In this document: piece by piece, positions 55,152 through 64,000 of the stretch | How the letters are laid out: each line of letters begins with the position of its first letter | Numbering within the stretch: position 1 is the stretch's first letter | NCBI RefSeq assembly: GCF_009914755.1 | Contig: NC_060926.1 | Source: the human T2T-CHM13v2.0 reference genome, Homo sapiens | DNA: 64,000 bases | Direction: 5' to 3' (one strand) | Notes under the pieces: generated by a model | What the model was told of the DNA's origin: nothing | What the model saw: the letters and a program-made list of their open reading frames with translations, nothing else | Databases searched by the model: none | Program-made: the position numbers and the translations under genes

Positions 55152-55778
55152 CTATTAGTTTTCTATATTGTGTAATAAATTATGATCAACAGCGTGGTTC
55201 AAAACAATACCCATTTGTTATCTCACAGTTCCTGTCCAACAGAAGTCTGAGTATGGGTTAGCTGAGTCCTCTGCTCAGGGTCTCATCAGACTAAAATCAA
55301 GGCTTCAACAGGGCTGCAATCTTATCCAAGCCTCGAGGTACTCTTTCAGGCTCACTAGTTTACTGGCAGGATTCACTTACTTCAGTTTCTGGTTTCTTAC
55401 TGGCTGTTGGATTGGTCTCACTCTCAGCTACCAGAGCCACCCTCCTATTCTTGCTCTGTGGCCTTTTCATAGGCAGTTCACAGTGCTGTTTGCTTCCTGA
55501 AAACAACAAGAGAATCTCTCTGACTCCTTTTAAGAGTCTGCCTGTTTAGGTCAAAGCCACCCAGGATAATATCCCTTTTGATTAGCTCAAACTCAACTGA
55601 TTAGGGACCTTAATTGCATCTGCCAAACATCTTCACCTTTGCCATATAGCATAACCTAATCATGAGAGTGATGCCTTTTATATTCATATTTCCTGCCTAC
55701 ACTCAGGAGAGGCTTATACGTTGCATGTACACCAGGGGTAAAGAATCTTGGGGCCATTTTAGAATTGTGCCTATCACA
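55152..55778 (-). mobile_element. MLT1E-like MaLR LTR
   Basis: tattagttttctat...tctcacagttc...gtcctctgctcagggtctc...tgattagggaccttaattgcatctgc...tcttggggccattttagaattgtgcctatcaca. Confidence 0.85.
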
Positions 55779-55971
55779 GGCACCCTTAAAAAGAGATACC
55801 CCAGGCTGGCTGTTGACCTAGCTGTTGCTCCAAGCATTGTATTGGAAGTGCTACATACCTGGCACTTCTCTCTAGAAATTCTGCTCTGCTAAGATTTTCA
55901 TTTGTTTATGAATTCACAAAAGAGCCACTGGCATGGGAGAGTTTTGTGAATGATAAAGGCACCTAAAAGCC

Positions 55972-56043
55972 AGACAGAGAAAGAAAAAGAAAGGAAGGAA
56001 GGAAGGAAGGGAGGGAGGGAGGGAGGGAGGGAGGGAGGGAAAG
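55972..56043. repeat. (GGAA)n(GGGA)n purine tract
   Basis: Directly visible; eight GGG runs with 1-nt loops. Confidence 0.9.
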
Positions 56044-56739
56044 TTTTCTCTTTTCTAGTTTACTGTGTTTTTATTGAGTTATAAGAGAAAATATGTGACA
56101 TGTCTGTTAATGACAAAAAAGAAACGCATCCCTCTGATATGAAGGAATGTTGGTCCTTATTACTGCTACCAGATTATCCTTCCCAAAACACAACTTTCAA
56201 CCAGTCAGTCTCCTATTCAGTGACTGCCAATAGCATCCCATATTATACCACATCAAGCCAAATTGCCACATCAATTTTATTTTTCTCAGCCTGGCACTCA
56301 AAAGCCTTCTATAGACTGACCCTACTACTTAACAAACTAGATTTCCCAAAACTGCTTAACACAATTCCTATAAGTTTTTCCTGTTCCACAAGCAAAAATG
56401 CTGATTTCTTCTGCCATAGTTAGCCTATGTACATGCTTTACCTACCTTCTTACCTACCAACACCATTCTGCTTAATTCTCTTATTGCATTCCCCCATCTA
56501 CAGTAGACTAGGAACTCAAGGCAGATTCATTCTCACGTGCTCCAGGAAAATTTTGCAAACCAACTTGAACCTCCTAGCTTTATCCTCCAAATTACTGATT
56601 TTACAGTCCAAATTGAATTTAGCCCTCATTGTGTATCTTTTCTAGTTTTTTGCTCCATATATCTTGTATCCTAAGATAGTTCTTTGTGTGCTCCAGAACA
56701 GGTTTTTTGTTTTTGTTTTTCCAACCATCTGAGTAATAT

Positions 56740-56812
56740 TTTCTTTTATTTACTTTTTAGTTGTATAAAGTTATGGGGTACATGTGCAATTTTGTTACAT
56801 GTATAGATCACA
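56740..56812 (-). mobile_element. short L1MA/L1PB 3' tail
   Basis: ttatggggtacatgtgcaattttgttacatgtataga. Confidence 0.6.
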
Positions 56813-57395
56813 TACATCTTTTAATAGTAAGATTTGAAATCAATTTAGTAGACTGAACCAGAATTTGTTAATTGAAATAGTTGAACAGGAAAGGGGAGGG
56901 AAGGTCAGTATTTTAGATATAGCAAGGATGTCTGGTTTTGTGAAATTTTTGGTTTTAATATGTATTTGTGTCCATGTATAAACTAAAACATAAATGTGTG
57001 ATGTTACTGTGTGGTATTGTATAATTACATAAAATGTATTGGTATTTTGTAATATTGAAAGACAGTTTTTAAAGCACTTGAATGCCTTGAAAAAAAGCAA
57101 AACTTCATGGCTGAAGTTCATGCAAAAATCAGGCAGGGTCAGAAAGACACCAAAGGTTTCCACAGGAAATCAGACACCCAGAAGCCCTAAACCAAATAAA
57201 GTACAGTGCCTTTGCCATCATGGAGGCAGATCTTGTGTCCGTACAGTCTACTGATACAAGGAATGATAATTAGTAATATTGACATCATTTTCTCATTTGC
57301 AAAGGGGTTTCACATTTTTTATGTCACCAGCACTTCCATAGGGCCAGCGAAGCAGACATTTCTTATGATTCCCATTTTTGAAATGGGAAGCTTGT

Positions 57396-57690
57396 GACTG
57401 GGCACGGTAGCTAATTCCTGTAATCCCAGTGCTTTGGGAGGCCAAGGTGGGAGAATCACTTGAGCCCAGGAGATTGAGGCCAACCTGGACAACATAGTGA
57501 GACTTCATCTCTACAAAAAACTTGAAAATTAGCCCGGAGTGGTGGCATGCACCTGTAGTCCTAGCTACTCAGAAGGCTGAGGTGAGGGGATCACTTGAGC
57601 CCAGGAGTTTGAGGCTGCACTGAGCTGTGATTGCACCACTGCCCTCTAGCCTGGGTGACAGAGTAAGAGCTCAAAAACTTAAAAAAAAAT
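57396..57690 (+). mobile_element. AluJ inserted in a MIR
   Basis: Dimeric Alu with gatcacttgagcccaggag in both arms; MIR halves at about 57260-57395 and 57692-57800. Confidence 0.9.
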
Positions 57691-58084
57691 AAGAGTTTGA
57701 GAGGTTAGGTGGCTTGACCAAGGCCATATAGTAGGTAGGTCAATGTTAGAAAATGAACTCAAATCTTCTGACATGCACCCCAAGTTCTTTCCTCTATGTA
57801 CTTGGAAAATCATAGACCGATCCATCTAAATCCTTCCCACTGTTTTGTTGTGGTTGTTGTTGTTGTTTTGTTTTTTTAATTATACTTTAAGTTCTAGGGT
57901 ACATGTGCACAACTTGCAGGTTTGTTACGTACGTATACATGTGCTATGTTGGTTTGCTGCACCCATTAACTCGTCATTTACATTACGTATTTCTCCTAAT
58001 GCTATCCGTCCCCCATCCCCCCACCCCATGACAGGCCCCAGTGTGTGATGTTCCCCTTCCTGTGTCCAGTTGTTCTCATTTTTC

Positions 58085-61926
<3,842 letters not shown>

Positions 61927-61989
61927 GATGATGTTAGCTGGTTATTTTGCCCGTTAGTTGATGCAGTTTCTTCCTAGCCTCGATTGTCT

Positions 61990-63015
61990 TTACAATTTGG
62001 CATGTTTTTGCAGTGGCTGGTACTGGTTGTTCCTTTCCATGTTTAGTGCCTCCTTCAGGAGCTCTTGTAAGGCAGGCCTGGTGGTGACAAAATCCCCCAG
62101 CATTTGCTTGTCTGTAAAGTATTTTATTTCTCCTTCACTTATGAAGCTTAGTTTGGCGGGACATGAAATTCTGGGTTGAAAGTTCTTTTCTTTAAGAATG
62201 TTGAATATTGGCCCCCACTCTCTGCTGGCTTGTAGAGTTTCTGCCGAGAGATCCACTGTTAGTCTGATGGGCTTCCTTTTGAAGGTAACCTGACCTTTCT
62301 TTCTGGCTGCCCTTAACATGTTTTCCTTCATTTCAACCTCAGTGAATCTGATAATTATGTGTCTTGGGGTTGCTCTTCTTGAGGAGTACCTTTGTGGTGT
62401 TCTCTGTATTTCCTGAATTGGAATATTGGCCTGCCTTGCTAGGTTGGGGAAGTTCTCCTGGATAATATCCTGAAGAGTGTTTTCTAACTTGGTTCCATTC
62501 TCCCCATCACTTCCAGGTACACCAATCAAACGTAAATTCGGTCTTTTCACATAGTCCCATATTTCTTGGAGGTTTTGTTCATTTCTTTTTACTCCTTTTT
62601 CTCTAAACTTCTCTTCTCATTTCATTTCATTAATTTGATCTTCAATCACTGATACCCTTTCTTCCACTTGATCAAATTGGCTACTGAAGCTTGTGCATGC
62701 ATCATGTAGTTCTTGTGCCGTGGTTTTCAGCTCCATCAGGTCGTTTAAGGTCTTCTCTACACTGTTTATTCTAGTTAGCCATTTGTCTAATGTTTTTTCA
62801 AGGTTTTTAGCTTCCTTGCGATGGGTTCAAACATCCTCCTTTAGCTCAGAGAAGTTCATTATTACCGACCTTCTGAAGCCTACTTCTGTCAACTCGATAA
62901 AGTCAATCTCCATCCAGCTTTGTTCTGTTGCTGGTGAGGAGCTGCGTTCCTTTGGAGGAGAAGAGGCACTCTGGTTTTTAGAATTTTCACCTTTTCTGCT
63001 CTGGTTTCTCCCTAT
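61990..63015 (-). pseudogene. ORF1: L1 ORF1, disrupted
   Basis: Start codon reads ATA (63015-63013); in-frame TGA at 62619-62617; C-terminal KRPNLRLIGVP...QKHAKL still open. Confidence 0.88.
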
Positions 63016-64000
63016 CTTTGTGGTTTTATCTACCTTTGGTCTTTGATGTTGGCGACCTACAGATGGGGTTTTGTTGTAGATGACCTTTTTGTTGATTTTG
63101 ATGCTATTCCTTTCTGTTTGTTAGTTTTCCTTCTATCAGTCAGGTCCCTCAGCTGCAGGTCTGTTCGAGTCTGCTGGAGGTCCACTCCAGACCCTGTTTT
63201 CCTGGTTATCACTAGTGGAGGCTGCAGAACAGCAAATATTGCTGCCTGATCCTTCCTCTGGAAGCTTCGTCTCAGAGGGGCACCCAGCTCTATGTGGTGT
63301 CAGTCAGCCCGTACTGGGAGGTGTTTCCCAGTTAGGCTACACGGGGGTTAGGGACCCACTTGAGGAGGCAGTCTGTCTGTTCTCAGAGCTCAAACACCAT
63401 GCTGGGAGAACCACTACTCTCTTCAGAGCTGTCAGACAGGGACTTTTAAGTCTGCAGAAGTTTCTGCTGCCTTTTGTTCAGCTATGCCCTGCCCCCAGAG
63501 GTAGAGTCTACAGAGGCCGGCAGGCCTCCTTGAGCTGCGGTGGGCTCCACCCAGTTTGAGCTTCCCAGTGGCTTTGTTTACCTACTCAAGCTTCAGCAAT
63601 GGCGGATGCCGCTCCCCCAGCCAGGCTGCCACCTCACAGTTAGATCTCAGACTTCTGTGCTAGCTGTGAGCAAGGCTCCGTGGGTGTGAGACCTGCTGAG
63701 CCAGGTGCAGGATATAATCTCCTGGTGTGCCATTTGCTAAGATTGTTGGAAAAGCACAATATTTGGGCAAAAGTGCCCCCATTTTCCAGGTACAGTTGTC
63801 ATGGCTTCCCTTGGCTAGGAAAGGGAAATCCCCTGACCCCTTGTGCTTCCCAGGTGAGGTGATGCCCCACCCTGCTTTGGCTCACCCTCCATGGGCTGTA
63901 CCCACTGTCCAACCAGTCCCAGTGAGATGAACCAGGTACCTCAGTTGGAAATACAGAAATCACCCATCTTCTGGTCAATCACGCTGGGAGCTGAAGACTG

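Noticed and set aside
63599-63643. ORF0 homologue in the older L1
   Set aside because: TAG after 14 codons

Overview
Primate, almost certainly human, non-coding genomic DNA (intergenic or deep intronic). I can support no host protein-coding exon, RNA gene or CRISPR array. The only long ORFs belong to LINE-1 elements. Main contents: (1) A full-length, very young L1 on + (11352-17384) with an 11-bp TSD and ACG/A 3'UTR diagnostics (between L1PA2 and pre-Ta L1HS), broken by one ORF1 frameshift and one ORF2 nonsense codon, with an open, extended antisense ORF0. (2) A near full-length, decayed L1PA5/6-type element on - (57842-64000, running off the window). (3) A four-layer nested repeat stack at about 42.7-47.6 kb (L1MC-like > ERV1 LTR > L1PA15-like > THE1C), plus a MADE1. 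(4) Many ancient MIR, L2, CR1/L3, MaLR/ERVL and hAT fragments, and only two Alus, both AluJ. (5) Several repeat-free islands rich in homeodomain, PBX-HOX-MEIS, FOX, TCF, CRE and EGR motifs that look like developmental enhancers. I found no convincing new biological system; the best leads are the young L1 and the enhancer-like islands. Subfamily names come from recalled consensus sequences and need RepeatMasker/Dfam confirmation. Boundaries of ancient repeats are approximate.
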